The notes beneath the pieces are model-generated. The model was given only the letters and a program-made list of their open reading frames with translations, was not told where the DNA came from and did not search any database. 64,000 bases of DNA from Octopus vulgaris (lineage: Eukaryota): the NCBI GenBank assembly GCA_951406725.2, contig OX597822.1, positions 35,464,001 to 35,528,000 on the forward strand. The letters are read 5' to 3'. Below are positions 27,482 through 41,948 of this stretch, in pieces. How positions within the stretch are numbered: the first letter of the stretch is position 1; each line of letters opens with the position of its first letter. The translations under genes were made by a program, and so were the position numbers.

Positions 27482-28318
27482 TGTGCATATGTGTGCGTGT
27501 GTATATGCACATATAAGGTATGTATACATATATATATATGTGCATATACACATATATATACATATATATATATATGTGCATATACACATATATATATACA
27601 TACATACGTACGTACGTATGTATAAATGTATGTATGTATGTATGTATGTATGTATGTATGTATGTATGTTTGTATGTATTATGAGACCTGCCAAAACCAA
27701 GTTGATTACGATTTCTTTAAATCGTGAACCAGTTGAATTGGATTAGATAAGAGAGAATTCGGGTGGAGAGAGAGAGATAAACTAGCCATTTTATATGTAA
27801 TTACATTTGTTGTTTTTAAACATCTAATCTATTAGCAACCCGAAATTGCGGGACAGTCTCAATCCCAAATTGATTCTATTTTTAAACTTGTTGTGTCTTA
27901 GAAATCGAGAAACCAAAATATTTAGTTTTGGGTGTCTCATTTTAGAGTTCAACTCTCGTTGGAATAAACATTTCTCTTTTTTATCTCGCTTTTGTATATG
28001 CACTGAAGTCACGTTAATTAACGATATTAATACACTCAACATGCCTTTCTGTAGTTCTAGCTCTTTATGTTCTGAGTTCGAGTCTAGCCGAAGTCAATTT
28101 TGTTTTTCATCATTACCAGTGAAATATTGAGGTAGATGGTATCGACTGACAGTCTCGCTTCAAAAATGTTTGTCTTGTACCTAAATTAGAAATTATTTTA
28201 AAACGCGCTTACAGCAGCATTACAAAATACTTCCAATTTTCTTAATACCCACAAACTTGAACTATCTTTTCTTATTAGCTTATTTCCTTGCTTAAGCCTT
28301 TCGCTCTCTCTGAATCAT

Positions 28319-28707
28319 GGATGGAAGCACTCCGTCGGTTACGACGACGAGGGTTCCGGTTGATCCGAATCAACGGAACAGCCTGCTCGTGAAATTAACA
28401 TGTAAGTGGCTGAGCACGCCACATACACGTGTACCCTTAATGTAGTTCTCGGGGATATTCAGCGTGACACAGAGAGTGACAAGGCCGGCCCCTTGAAATA
28501 CAGGTACAACAGAAACAGGAAGTAAGAGTGAGAGAAAGTTGTGGTGAAAGAGTACAGCAGGGATCACCACCATCCCCTGCCGGAGTCTCGTGGAGCTTTA
28601 GGTGTTTTCGCTCAATAAACACTCACAACGCCCGGTCTGGGAATCGAAACCGCGATCCTATGACCGCGAGTCCGCTGCCCTAACCACTGGGCCATTGCGC
28701 CTCCACA
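28319..28707 (-). mobile_element. SINE family C, tail type 3 (RTE-like), 12-bp TSD
   Basis: tctctgaatcat at 28307-28318 and 28708-28719; tail cgtcgtcgtaaccgacggagtgcttcca. Confidence 0.9.
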
Positions 28708-29773
28708 TCTCTGAATCATAAGCTATCAGTGACTTGTCTCCACTCTGGGTTATCCTTTCTCTCCCAGGTCTTCTTAGTTTAGTGTTGTCAGCAATGCTTC
28801 TGTAATTCTGCCTTGCTTCCAGGTAGGGCTGTTGGCCCAACACAAGTCCATTTTTATTTCTGGAAAGAATTGGCCCGTATTAGTCTGGCCTCTATCCCTT
28901 GACTTGTCCAGCATAGAAGACCTTACAGGACCATGCACTCCACTGCCATATATCTCAGCGTTAATGAGACGTACAAACCCCAACACCGAAACAAAGGCTG
29001 GACCTTGTGGCGGTTTTCATATTAACACTAACAGATTTAGTCTTAATCTTAGTTCTCCTAAGTATACTGTACAACGTTCCTTTATAATTTCTATACTCTT
29101 TCCATCCGTTTAGTCAGGAAGGAAAGCAATGACTTTGACCCGTTACTAGTCTGCCTATATTGCTGGGAGAGAGAAAGAGATTAATTGGATCATCAACGAA
29201 TCGTGACCTTCAAAGAATTTCTAGATTTTCTTCAGGATAAAGTTATGTTGGCGTGAGTAGCTTCCTCTTTATTAGAAGACAATACCGATATGATTAGTAT
29301 AGAATTTCCCTCCTTAATCTGAACTTTAATCTCAAGGTTTATACCTCATTACCCAAGTGTTCACTTTTGTTTGTGACAACGGACATGTGATTAGAACACC
29401 ACAGGAAAGGATCGCAAATAGATTCTTCAATCCGACCAAACCAGTAGGAGATCTTAGGGTAGACGACGAGCAAGAGGGTTCGATAATGCCAATAGTCTTA
29501 CGTTATTCACGGTAAGGAATCTAGTAGGAAAATTTAGTGATAGTTATATCCGATATGACTTTATGGCTGAAGTGCTTGAGAACTTTACCCACATGATCCC
29601 CCGAAGAATAGTAGGCTGCAAAAATGGATGGATGGATTGATGGGTGGATGGATGGATGAATGGATGGATGGATGGACTACTCATTATGTTGTATGTGTTT
29701 ATTGTATCATTATGCTATCATTCTGAGTATTGCTCCTGTCAATAGTCATGTGTTTTCCTATAGATTTTGCCAT

Positions 29774-29816
<43 letters not shown>

Positions 29817-29818
<2 letters not shown>

Positions 29819-30535
29819 CCTCTGCTTCTTTATTTAGTTTTCTTTGTGTTGTCTGATTTAAGCGCATTTCAATTTCTCTTTATTTTAAATGCATTTTAAG
29901 CCGACGGAAAAGATCCGTATTTGAATCGCCAATATTGGTCGTTATTGACTATAACAGGCATGATAGAATCATCAAGTTAACGACTTTAACTGTTGCAATT
30001 GAATTTATAGATCGCATTGATCAGTTGTAGCTTGTTGAATTGCTTACATCTTTTGCTTGAATTTAATAAAAGATTTTTAATTTTGGTTGTGTACTTTTTA
30101 GTGTATTATTTGTATTAGGCTATATACAAAGTCTGATGCAAAGCAAGTTATGTTCGGTTTAATGAGATTTTCATCTCTCATCTATCGATACTTAATATGC
30201 AATATAATTCAAATAATTACACTTGACTACTTTATGTATTTTTAATAGGTGTTGTGTTCGGGTGTATTTGTTGCATTGTATTTTGTCTGTATTGGTTTAT
30301 GGCTTGTGCTAACCCGTTCTTTGAATAACCGTTATTGATCAGTAATTGTTTTATTCTGTAGATATCTTTATTTAATGCTTCGTTTGCGAAGGTGGAACTA
30401 AATGTTCTCCTAAGAGGGTTCTTATACATTGATATTTTTCGTCTTCGTGGACGTTCGGTATCTTCTTGTAAGTAAATGCATTTGCTTATATTTTTTGGTG
30501 TATACGAATATACAGCGAGATGTGCCTCTTTTATA
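29817..30535 (-). mobile_element. Decayed Penelope-like element 3' part
   Basis: Thumb-like remnant LNKDIYRIKQLLINNGYSK; flanked by (TG)n and (TA)n; aataaa near the 3' end. Confidence 0.5.
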
Positions 30536-30718
30536 TCATATATATATATATATACATACATGTGTGTGTATGTGTATACATATATATGAACTGACTGTTT
30601 ATATTTAGAAATTGAGTCATTGCTAGGCGTTATATTTATACTCTTCTGGGTGTTGATGTTATATCTTAGGTCTTACTTTAATTTCACTACGTGTCACGTT
30701 GTATCCATAACAACGAGT

Positions 30719-30787
<69 letters not shown>

Positions 30788-31614
30788 ATACACATACTGA
30801 AGGAAGGTCAGAAATTGCATGAGCTTTGAAGTATCAATAGACACATTGCTGCTACAAAGCAGGAAAATACACACATTTGCATTTGCAATGTCGTACACGA
30901 GATTGATTCATGGGCCGTTTTCAGAAGGTTAAGAGAAAAGAAAGCAATGAAAAATGAAAGAAAACAGATATCAGAAAAAGATCAGAATAAAGAAAAAAAC
31001 AAAATATTACAATAACGAGCGATAATACTTGATAAAAATTTTAAAAAGCACAGATAAAAATTACACAATGCCTAAGTGATGACAAGACTTGAAAAAATAG
31101 GCGGCAGAGGTTTGCATTCTGAAAAACAAAACTCGCTTCGTTTATTAATGCTTGGGTGAAAGAGGAAAACCTCTGTCTTTAATTCAACGTTGAACTTTAA
31201 AACATTCAAAAGTATGACTCTTTGAAACATATTTGGTAACTAAACTGATGCTTTCATACACGTATAGTGGTACAAGCATAAACACCTAAGCACATAATCG
31301 CATTTACTTGATTACGTCTGTGTATACATGTGCCTACGTTCACATAAAGTATTCAGTTTTTCTCCTTTTTTTTTTCAAGCCCTAGGTCGCATAAGGCCGG
31401 TGACCCGGTTTCTATGGTGTATAAGTGACCGTGATCCAACAGTTGAAGGGGTTCAAGCAATTTTAAGGGAGTCACTTGACTGGTAATTTTATCTGTCTCG
31501 AAGGCAATACACAAAAGTTTACCTAGGTGGGATTTGAACTCAAAGGTAAAGACTCGGCGAAAATACCACTCAGCTTTTTGTCCGGTGCGCTAATATTTCT
31601 GTCTGCTCACTCTT

Positions 31615-32169
31615 GCAGCACCAGACAGTCGCTCTCATGTCGTTTGATTTTAACTGATCGGAAATGTTATCATGTATATGTTTTGTCTTGGTATAAAAGA
31701 TGGGATATAGTAAGTATTCTGCTCAATACCACAGATTTGCTTGTCAGTTGTTCGGCCTTAACCAGATGAGCCTGTCCCTTAGTGGTTGACTATATGTGCA
31801 TCTCTGATCACGAGCAGAAGTAGTGGGGGAACACCATAGCCATGTGTTGAGAGGAATTTTTTTGGGTTTGAAAAATTCACCCTGAAAGCACGAGTGTTTT
31901 GCTCATCATCCTTAAACAAACCTTATTCAGGGACCTTTTAAGCAGGATGGGCTACTCGACCTGAAGAAAATCCTAACTAGGCCTACCTGCAAGATCATGC
32001 GCTGTTTATCTTGATATACGATCATCATGTCACGCACATATGGTTGTGATACACGCGCCTGCTGTAGCCTTATCTCAGACGGGTAATCATGCTAGGTATA
32101 TTGGGCGTCGTATATATGTACCCCAGCGTCACTTTGATGGCATGCGTTGCTCTCTCGCTCAATAATAAT
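31615..32169 (+). repeat. Unclassified interspersed repeat ending in (AAT)n
   Basis: GC-richer block ending ctctctcgctcaataataat; resembles a common cephalopod repeat from recollection only; single copy here. Confidence 0.35.
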
Positions 32170-32263
32170 GAGAAGAAGAAGAAGAAGAAGAAGAAGAAGA
32201 AGAAATAGAAGAAGAAGAAGAAGAAGAAGAAGGAGGAGGAGGAGGAGGAGGAGGAGGAGGAGG

Positions 32264-33363
32264 AAGTTACTAACTAGATATGGGTCACTCCACCCAAAAG
32301 GGGACAAAGACAGACTGTATGTACCAAGAAAAAGAGGGGGAAGAGAATTTTTTGGATACGAACACTGTATTAGAGCAGAAGAAAATAACATAGCATGGTA
32401 TGTAAAAAATGTCACAGAACTGCATTTTTTAGGAGTAGGGAGGTCAGACTTGTGTAGGATGAAATATTGCAAAGATAAAGCAGTATACAAGTAATTGAAA
32501 ACGAATGAAACTGAAAATAGGTGGGTAAAGAAAAGGAATGCATGGTCAATTTCATAGGGATGTTGAAGATAAGACAGACAGAGAAAAAAGATGGCTGTGG
32601 ATGACTAAAAGTGATTTAAAACCAGAAACGGAGGCTCTGATCTATGCTGCCCAAGAGCAAGCACGAAGAACAAACTACATAAACTACAAAATAGACAACA
32701 CAGCAGAAAGTGATAAGTGCAGAATCTGTGGACAAAACGGTGAAACCGTATGGCATATTACCAGCCAATGAACGCCACTAGCCCAGAAGGAATATAAGAG
32801 ATACGACTACAATATAGTCAGGCTTGTCCATTGGACACTTTGCAACAAGTATGGATTGACAGAGAATAAAATTGGTACGACCACAAACCCGAAAGCATCG
32901 TCGAAAATAAAAATGCAAAGATCCTATGGGATTTTATGATTCAGTGCGATCATGAGATAGAGAATAGGAAGCCAGACATAATCTTAATTGAGAAAGAAGG
33001 CAAACTATGCTAGATGAAAGATATAGCATGCTAAGCTGACAACAAGCTATGCGATGAGGGAGAAAGAAAAGTCGAGAGATATGACAGGTCAGCTTGGGAA
33101 GTTAAGCAGTTGTGGTCGATAAAAAAGGTAGCAGTAGTGCCAATAATTGTCGGAGCCCTGCGAACAGTGAGCAAAAGTCTCGACAAGTACGTGGAACAAA
33201 TAGGGGCTGAAATAAGGGCGGAGCACTTGCAGAAAACAGCACTGCTCGGAACCACTCGAATACTCCGGAAGGTGCTCGAAAAATAAGAGGTGTTACCTTA
33301 GTTCACATGTAGTGAACAGCTGACACTCTAGTACATATACAGCGTTAGAATCTGTGCAAAGGC

Positions 33364-33418
<55 letters not shown>
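32264..33418 (+). mobile_element. 5'-truncated R4/Dong-clade non-LTR retrotransposon (zinc knuckle plus restriction-like endonuclease), pseudogenised
   Basis: LYVPRKRGGR, MHGQF, ETEALIYAAQEQ, CRICGQNGETVWHITS, ILWDFMIQCDHEIENRKPDI, VPIIVGAL, LQKTALLGT; stops and frameshifts; (AAT)n tail 33364-33418. Confidence 0.9.
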
Positions 33419-33709
33419 GTTTCAAATTTTGTCACACAGCGAGCAATTTTAAGGAAGGGGATAAGTCATTACATTGGCCCGAGGAGTCAACTGGAACTTA
33501 TTTTATTGACTACGAAATGATGAAATGTAAGGGCCACATCGTCAGAATTTGAACTCAGAACATAAATACGGACAAAATGCCGTTAAGAAGTTTCTCCGGC
33601 GCGCGAGCGATTCTATCTGCTCATCGCTTTTATATGTATACTAGCTTAAGGTGACCCGCTCTACGCGCGGGTAAGAGTGTGGTTGTTACTTTCTGTTGCT
33701 TCCTTTCAG

Positions 33710-34001
33710 CACGTAAAAAGCACCATCTGAACGTGGTCGATTGCAGCGCCACCTTTACTGGCTTCTGTGCCGGTGGCACGTAAAAAGCACCGAATGATCG
33801 TGGCCGCTGCCAGCCCCCCTGGCACCTGTGCCGGCGGCACGAAAAAAGCACCCACTACACTCACAGAGTGGTTGGCGTTAGGAAGGGCATCCACCTGTAG
33901 AAACACTGCCAGATCAGACTGGAGCCTGGTGCAGCCTCCTGGCTTCCCAGACCCCGATCAAACTGTCCAACCTGTGCTAGCACGGAAAACGGACGTTAAA
34001 C

Positions 34002-34047
<46 letters not shown>
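33710..34047 (+). mobile_element. 5'-truncated SINE/RTE-related element with about 60-bp internal repeats and (ATG)n tail
   Basis: gcacgtaaaaagcacc x3; gagtggttggcgttaggaagggcatcc; (gat)n. Confidence 0.7.
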
Positions 34048-34052
<5 letters not shown>

Positions 34053-34881
34053 AATGATGATGATGATTCTCCCTCTTTGTTTCTCTCTCCTTTCTCTCTC
34101 ACTTTCCCACTCTCTTACTTTTCTTTTCTCTCGGACTCTCCCTCGCTTTCTCCTACTCTCTATCTTTATCTATCTATCTCCCATTTATAAACAACAAAAG
34201 ATCTTGAGTAAGTTGAGAAATAAAATATTTAGAAAGATCAATCATAAATATCAGGCAGTGGCAACGGAAAGGTTTGCTTCATGGCAGACAGCAAAACACT
34301 AACAGTTAAAAGGGACAGACGAACTTGCGAGCTGAATAAAAATAATAAAATATTGGAAACCAAAGTTTGAAGGGATAGAATCTGAGGATAGTAGAGTCAC
34401 CATGGCTAGCATTTCTTAACGACGGACAGCAACGTATTGACAGTTTAACGGCTGGCGTAAAATTTTGAACTTGATGTAAAAGAAAATTCGTAAACACCAA
34501 GTTTTTTTGTGATTCTTTCTCACGACAGTAGACTCACTATGGCAAGCATTCAAAACTTCTTCATCATGGATGGCAACACATTGACGATTAAAAGGCTGGC
34601 GCAAATTTTTTAGCTTGATGTAACAGAGAATTCCTAAGCACCCGCTCCTTTAAATTTTAATACCCTTTCCAGCCTCATTTAGACCCCTTTTCACATTGTG
34701 GTTAATATAACCCGATTTCATTCGGGTCTACTGGGGCCACATTTTATAAGATGAGGAATTTTGTCCTAGAGGCCACGCCTTTCATTTGAGAAAAAAAATA
34801 GTTGTCATGCAAACTTGCCAGCACTTTTAACATAGGTCTGCATATTTTCAGCTCAACCGACCACATAATGCACACATTATA

Positions 34882-35154
<273 letters not shown>

Positions 35155-35207
35155 CTGTGCACGCATTATATATACAAATGTATAGAAATTATATGTATAT
35201 ATGTATA

Positions 35208-35430
35208 AATTAAATTAGAGATAAAACCACTAATAGGCAAATCAAACAGTGAAAAACAAAAAACAAAAGCATCAAAATAAAAATATAATATACAAAATAT
35301 ATCAAATATAAAATTTAAAAATTTAAATTATTTAAATTTAAAATAAAAATGATTAATTTATATTTATAATTTTTATAAAAATATATGTAACTATCAAAAA
35401 GTATTAAAAAGTTTAATATGAATAAATACA
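35208..35430 (-). mobile_element. Solo terminal fragment of the 1117-3260 PLE family
   Basis: attaaattagagataaaaccacta.taggcaaatcaaaca.tgaaaaaca matches 1208-1257; next to a long (TA)n. Confidence 0.7.
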
Positions 35431-35558
35431 GATATATACACTTTGTATATATACATTATATATACATATTTATATATAGAACACACACCCATATATATAT
35501 ATATAAATGAAACGAATAAATATCTGATTCATAATATTTGTTCTCATTATTATGTGCT

Positions 35559-35895
35559 TGTGGTGGTGGCGATGATAATTCTCTCTATGAATGCAGACAG
35601 ACGTAGAGAGAGAGAAAGTGTGTGAAAGCGCTGTGGAAGGCGGGAAGGAGGAGGGGGAGATACAGAACGCAGTTTGACGAAGTTATAAAGAGAATGTGAA
35701 GGGGAGTTAGACGCCGTTATCGACGATTGTGTGGTTGTGGTGGCGATGATAATTCTCTCTATGAATGCAGACAGACGTTGAGAGAGAGAGTGTGAAAGCG
35801 CTGTGGAAGGCGGGGAGGAAGAGGGGGAGATATAGAACGCCGTTTGACGAAGTTATAAAGAGAAAGTGAAGGGGAGTTAGAAGCCGTTATCGACG
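35559..35895. repeat. Tandem duplication of about 170 bp inside the Helitron
   Basis: gtggtggcgatgataattctctctatgaatgcagacagacg...gccgttatcgacg twice; a more diverged pair at 34387-34498 and 34524-34642. Confidence 0.9.
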
Positions 35896-36280
35896 TTATA
35901 TATAGAAAGTGATGGGAAGGGAGGAAATAGAGTGAGTGACGGAGGAAGACAGATACATAAAAGGATGAGAGTGGACTTGTCAGAGTGCATTTTTGGCCCT
36001 AGCAACGACACCTTTTAAGATAGGGATTTCTAACGTAGCCCACGGTCATCCTCACCTCATTTACATGTCCCTGTAAATTTTGGAGTCAATCCGACGGGAT
36101 CTAGTGGCCTTTAAACCGTTCCAGACAAACAAACAAACAAACTTTTCGCATTTCAGTTTTATAAATAGAGATGTGTATATGTATATATATATATTCTTTT
36201 ATTCTTTTACCTGTTTACATGGACGTAAACACACCAACATCGGTTGTCTGGTGATGTTGGGAGACAAACACAAGCACACA

Positions 36281-36345
<65 letters not shown>

Positions 36346-36618
36346 TCACGACGGGCTTCTTTCAGTTTCCGTCTACCAAATCCATTCACAAGGCTTTTGT
36401 CGGTAAATATATTGTTGAAATTTACAGAAAAACAAAAGACGAAGACAGCTGTATGAACAACAAGCAGGTGTTTCAGTTTAACGCTCGGGAAGGTGAGAAA
36501 GTCTTTCACTTTTCGAGCCAACGCTCTTTAACAGAAAGAATGAGAGAAAATAAACAGAGGAAGAATAAAATGGGAGAGAATAAAAAAAAAACTTATGGGT
36601 TTAGCGGTCAATCATGAT

Positions 36619-36677
<59 letters not shown>

Positions 36678-37362
36678 TCAGATTTTGGCACGCATCTGTA
36701 AATATGTACAGATTATATACAAAAACAGCATATATGTGTATGTGTGCGTGTTGTTCATATATAAATGCATGAATGATTAAGCATAGGATGTACCTCTTGA
36801 TTTAAATTGGTGGCGGAAAATGTACAGAAACCAGTCGTATAAAACTTACCTGTGAGGAGGGGCTACGTTTCTATCTTTACGTTGACAGTGTTTGCAAAAC
36901 TTATGCCGGTATTTACGAGAATAATTTAGCGATACTATGTCAGAGGAAACCGGGAATTGTGAGTTTGAGAAATTTTATGAGAATGCGCGGAAAAAAAGCA
37001 GTGGCTCTAAGACAATATGAAATCGAAAAATCGCTGCTTACCCTTCCATGTAAAAAATAATTTCAGGTTTATTTGTGAATACAAGATAGAAGATCTCTCT
37101 CTCTCTCCTCTCAGTCTTTCTCACTCTCTCTCTCTCTCTCTTTCTCTATCTGTCTATCCATCTATGTATCTATCTGATTATCTCTCTCTCAGTATATATA
37201 TGTATATATATATATACATGTGTGTGTGTGTGTATATGTATATATATTACTCTTTTACTCTTTTACTTGTTTCAGCCATCCGGCTGAGGCCATGCTGGGG
37301 CACCGCCCTTGTATATATATAAGAAAAAAGGTTTGAAAATGCAATTTAAACGATGTTTATTT

Positions 37363-37403
37363 ACTTAACCGGTTTCACTCTTTGGTAAAAGATTGTCAAA
37401 AGT
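37363..37403 (-). ncRNA. Hammerhead-like motif (U3-A8 variant), left-arm copy
   Basis: Reverse complement of 42191-42231. Confidence 0.5.
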
Positions 37404-37420
37404 TACATTTAAGGAAACAT

Positions 37421-37645
37421 TGAATAATATGGGTTCAAAAAAAGTTTTTTACATAATTGTCACATTGAATATTATGCATTCAAAAAAGTTTTTTACATAA
37501 TTGTCACATTGGATATTATGGGTTCAAAAAAGTTTTTTACATAATTGTCACATTGAATATTATGCATTCAAAAAAGTTTTTTACATAATTGTCACATTGG
37601 ATATTATGAATTCAAAAATGTTTTTTTATACATAATTGTCACATT
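37421..37645. repeat. 5 x 44-bp tandem repeat in the PLE arm
   Basis: ttcaaaaaagttttttacataattgtcacatt units; mirrored at 41949-42174. Confidence 0.92.
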
Positions 37646-38210
37646 ATTTGGGAAAATTTGGCAGAAAAGGATAAAACAAATATATTATTGGGAATTGGTT
37701 GCGTTAATTATTGGTTGTCGCAAATTGTCACATTACATGTATATATATACAATCTTTGGTATATATATACAGCGTTTTGACAGCAAAAATTAAAATGGAT
37801 TTTTTGTACATCTCAGAATATTTTAAGTATGTTTTTACTGACCTGTCAGTATTAGCAGAAAGGCTGAACTGAGAGAACAGAAGAAGTAGCCAATGTGGTG
37901 TATACTTCCCCTTTATGCATGAATGATTTTGGGGTTATCAGGAGGTTAGTATGCGGGTGTGAATAGATGTGTCCGTGCCTGCTGGTCAGACAGCGTCTGT
38001 TTGTCACACACATATATATACACACAAACACACACACACACAACAACACACACACACACACACATAGTATACAAACACACACCACATACAAACAACACAC
38101 ACACACACAGAACACACACACACCCACACACAACGCACCCACATATATCACATATACACACAGCACACAAATATAACATGTATCTATATATAACATACAC
38201 AGATATATAA

Positions 38211-38257
<47 letters not shown>

Positions 38258-38782
38258 CACACGCACACATACATACATAATATAAATATCACACAAATAC
38301 ACCTAGCATATATATACACACATACAATACACACATACAGCATGTAAGTAATATACAGACACAATATATGCATGCAATATACATACGCAATACATACATA
38401 TAATATATATATATATAGACAATGCATATACATATATACACATATACATATAAATAGTGTTTACATACACATACATAGATGTACCACATATACACACAAC
38501 ACACATACATACAATGCATACACATACACGTACGCATACATATAATATATATATACACACACACACATAACATACATACACACACAATGCATACATATAT
38601 ATACACGCAATGCATATACATGTATTCATGCACATATAGCACACCTACAATATACATATATACAGTGCACACATACACACAAATATATACACTTAATTGT
38701 ACACGTACATATACAATACACATACATACAATATACATATACACAATGCGCATGCAAATAATGTACATGTTTATACACACAT

Positions 38783-40078
38783 ATCCCGGAAAGAATTAAA
38801 AAAGAATTCATAATTGAGGGCCTCAAATTTATTCTGCAAAACAACTTCATGTATTTCCACAACAACACTTACAGACAGGTCTCAGGGACTGCAATGGGTA
38901 CGAAAGTTGCACCTACCTATGCAAACCTAGTGATGGCCTACCTGGAATCACATATCTATGAAAAATCCAAATATAAGTACGGCCAGTCTTTCCACAAATA
39001 CCTGTTGGAGAACTGGAAACGCTACTTAGATGATTGCCTCATCCTATGGTCCCACACACTCGACCAACTTATAGACTTCAAAAACCTTATCAACAGTGTA
39101 AATAACAACATTCAATTCACAATGGAATATAGTCAGGACCAACTCCCTTTTCTTGACATCCTAATCATTAAAAAAGGCGTCAACATTGAAACTGACATCC
39201 ATTACAAACCCACTGACTCTAAACAATACCTTCTATTCACCTCCAATCACCCAAAACACACAAAGACAAATATCCCCTTCAACCTAGCGAGAAGAATCTG
39301 CACTATTGTCTCAAATGACACAACACGAAATAGAAGACTCCGGGAACTAAGGGCAATTCTTCTCGAAAGACATTACCCGGCATCACTAGTAGACAACGGA
39401 ATAGAACGGGCCAAATCAATCAACATTCAAGACCTTCGAAAACCCAAACACATCCACAGTACAGTCAATAGCCTCCCTTATCTCTCAACACACAACCCAA
39501 GGAATGCAGAAGCTTACACTATTATATACAACAACATTCCACAACTAAATCAAGACCCACGCCTGAAAAAAATACTGGCAACTCATAAAATAATAAAAAG
39601 TAAGAGACAACCTAAATCCCTAAAAAACCTCCTCACCAACGCAAAATTACACAACACAAACCCACCGCCCACCATCAAAAAATGTGGTCGCCCCAACTGT
39701 AAGACCTGCATCCACCTCATTGAGGGATCGTCGTACAAGTTCCACTCGGGACACACATTCATCATAAAAAATAACTTCACGTGCGCATCAAAAAATTTAC
39801 TCTACGTCATAAGGTGTGAAGGATGCCACGAAGACTACATAGGGCAAACGAGCCTTACCCTCAGAGACAGAATGACAGTTCACCGACAACAACTGAGGGA
39901 CCCCTCCACAAGACAGATACCACTAAGTGGACACTTAGACCTTTGTGCACACAATAAGTCCCCCAAATTCTTAGTCTTCCCACTATACCATTGCTCGGAC
40001 AACACCACAGACCAAACACGAATAAATAAGGAAAGTAATCTTATTCAAAAATACAGACCACAACTAAACATACTCTAA
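38783..40078 (+). CDS. PLE reverse transcriptase (C-terminal part) plus Cys linker plus GIY-YIG endonuclease, 5'-truncated
   Basis: Frame is open upstream of ATG 38849 (IPERIKKEFIIEGLKFILQNN); YRQVSGTAMGTKVAPTYANL, WKRYLDD, LPFLDILI, HYKPTD, SNHPKH; CGRPNCKTC linker; LLYVIRCEGC..YIGQT..R..H; ends QLN. Confidence 0.93.
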   Translation: MPERIKKEFIIEGLKFILQNNFMYFHNNTYRQVSGTAMGTKVAPTYANLVMAYLESHIYEKSKYKYGQSFHKYLLENWKRYLDDCLILWSHTLDQLIDFKNLINSVNNNIQFTMEYSQDQLPFLDILIIKKGVNIETDIHYKPTDSKQYLLFTSNHPKHTKTNIPFNLARRICTIVSNDTTRNRRLRELRAILLERHYPASLVDNGIERAKSINIQDLRKPKHIHSTVNSLPYLSTHNPRNAEAYTIIYNNIPQLNQDPRLKKILATHKIIKSKRQPKSLKNLLTNAKLHNTNPPPTIKKCGRPNCKTCIHLIEGSSYKFHSGHTFIIKNNFTCASKNLLYVIRCEGCHEDYIGQTSLTLRDRMTVHRQQLRDPSTRQIPLSGHLDLCAHNKSPKFLVFPLYHCSDNTTDQTRINKESNLIQKYRPQLNIL

Positions 40079-40456
40079 CATACCCCCTGGAAGCACATCC
40101 AGAGCAAGCACACAGGGACGCGCGCACGCTCACAGCATATCGTGCGGGCGGGCACATGCGCGCATCGGCACGCATAGGACACACTAGCGGGCATTGACCG
40201 CACACATACGTGGCATGCACACGCATGCATTATATATATGTAGGTGATGTATGTGTGTGAGTGTTGTGTGTGTGTGTGTGTGTGTGCACTGTGTGCGTGT
40301 GTGTGTATATGTGTGTGTGCGCGCGTTGTATGTGTGTGTGTGTGCACGTGTGTATATATGTGTGTGTGTGTGTGCACTGTGTGCGGGTGTGTGTGTATGT
40401 GTGTGTGTGTGTGTGTGAGCATTGTGTACGTGTGTATGTATTTACATATGTATCTG

Positions 40457-40523
<67 letters not shown>

Positions 40524-41331
40524 TGTGTGTGTATATGCATGGTATGTGTGTATATGTTAGTACTTTGTTTGTGTGTATGTGCGGCATGTAGAGATATATT
40601 TGAGTGTGTACGCTATAGGTTTGTAATTTGTGTGTGGGGGGGTGAATTTTTTATATATATATATATGTGTGTATGTGTGTGAAAAAATATATGTATGTGC
40701 ATGTATGTATGTATGTATGTATGTGTGTATATATATATATATATATATGTGTATATATATGTGCGTGTGTATATGTGTGTGTGTGTATATTTATTTGCAT
40801 GTTTATGTGTGTATAAACATGTACATTATTTGCATGCGCATTGTGTATATGTATATTGTATGTATGTGTATTGTATATGTACGTGTACAATTAAGTGTAT
40901 ATATTTGTGTGTATGTGTGCACTGTATATATGTATATTGTAGGTGTGCTATATGTGCATGAATACATGTATATGCATTGCGTGTATATATATGTATGCAT
41001 TGTGTGTGTATGTATGTTATGTGTGTGTGTGTGTATATATATATTATATGTATGCGTACGTGTATGTGTATGCATTGTATGTATGTGTGTTGTGTGTATA
41101 TGTGGTACATCTATGTATGTGTATGTAAACACTATTTATATGTATATGTGTATATATGTATATGCATTGTCTATATATATATATATTATATGTATGTATT
41201 GCGTATGTATATTGCATGCATATATTGTGTCTGTATATTACTTACATGCTGTATGTGTGTATTGTATGTGTGTATATATATGCTAGGTGTATTTGTGTGA
41301 TATTTATATTATGTATGTATGTGTGCGTGTG

Positions 41332-41364
<33 letters not shown>

Positions 41365-41948
41365 GTGTGTGTATGTGTGTTATATATCTGTGTATGTTAT
41401 ATATAGATACATGTTATATTTGTGTGCTGTGTGTATATGTGATATATGTGGGTGCGTTGTGTATGGGTGTGTGTGTGTTCTGTGTGTGTGTGTGTTGTTT
41501 GTATGTGGTGTGTGTTTGTATACTATGTGTGTGTGTGTGTGTGTGTGTTGTTGTGTGTGTGTGTGTTTGTGTGTATATATATGTGTGTGACAAACAGACG
41601 CTGTCTGACCAGCAGGCACGGACACATCTATTCACACCCGCATACTAACCTCCTGATAACCCCAAAATCATTCATGCATAAAGGGGAAGTATACACCACA
41701 TTGGCTACTTCTTCTGTTCTCTCAGTTCAGCCTTTCTGCTAATACTGACAGGTTAGTAAAAACATACTTAAAATATTCTGAGATGTACAAAAAATCCATT
41801 TTAATTTTTGCTGTCAAAACGCTGTATATATATACCAAAGATTGTATATATATACATGTAATGTGACAATTTGCGACAACCAATAATTAACGCAACCAAT
41901 TCCCAATAATATATTTGTTTTATCCTTTTCTGCCAAATTTTCCCAAAT

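Noticed and set aside
29858-29982. ttgatga...gaaatgcgc on the minus strand of the decayed PLE
   Set aside because: Stems cannot be paired convincingly; too degenerate to call a ribozyme.
37421-37645. CRISPR-like regular repeats
   Set aside because: Contiguous tandem units without unique spacers, eukaryotic context, no cas genes.
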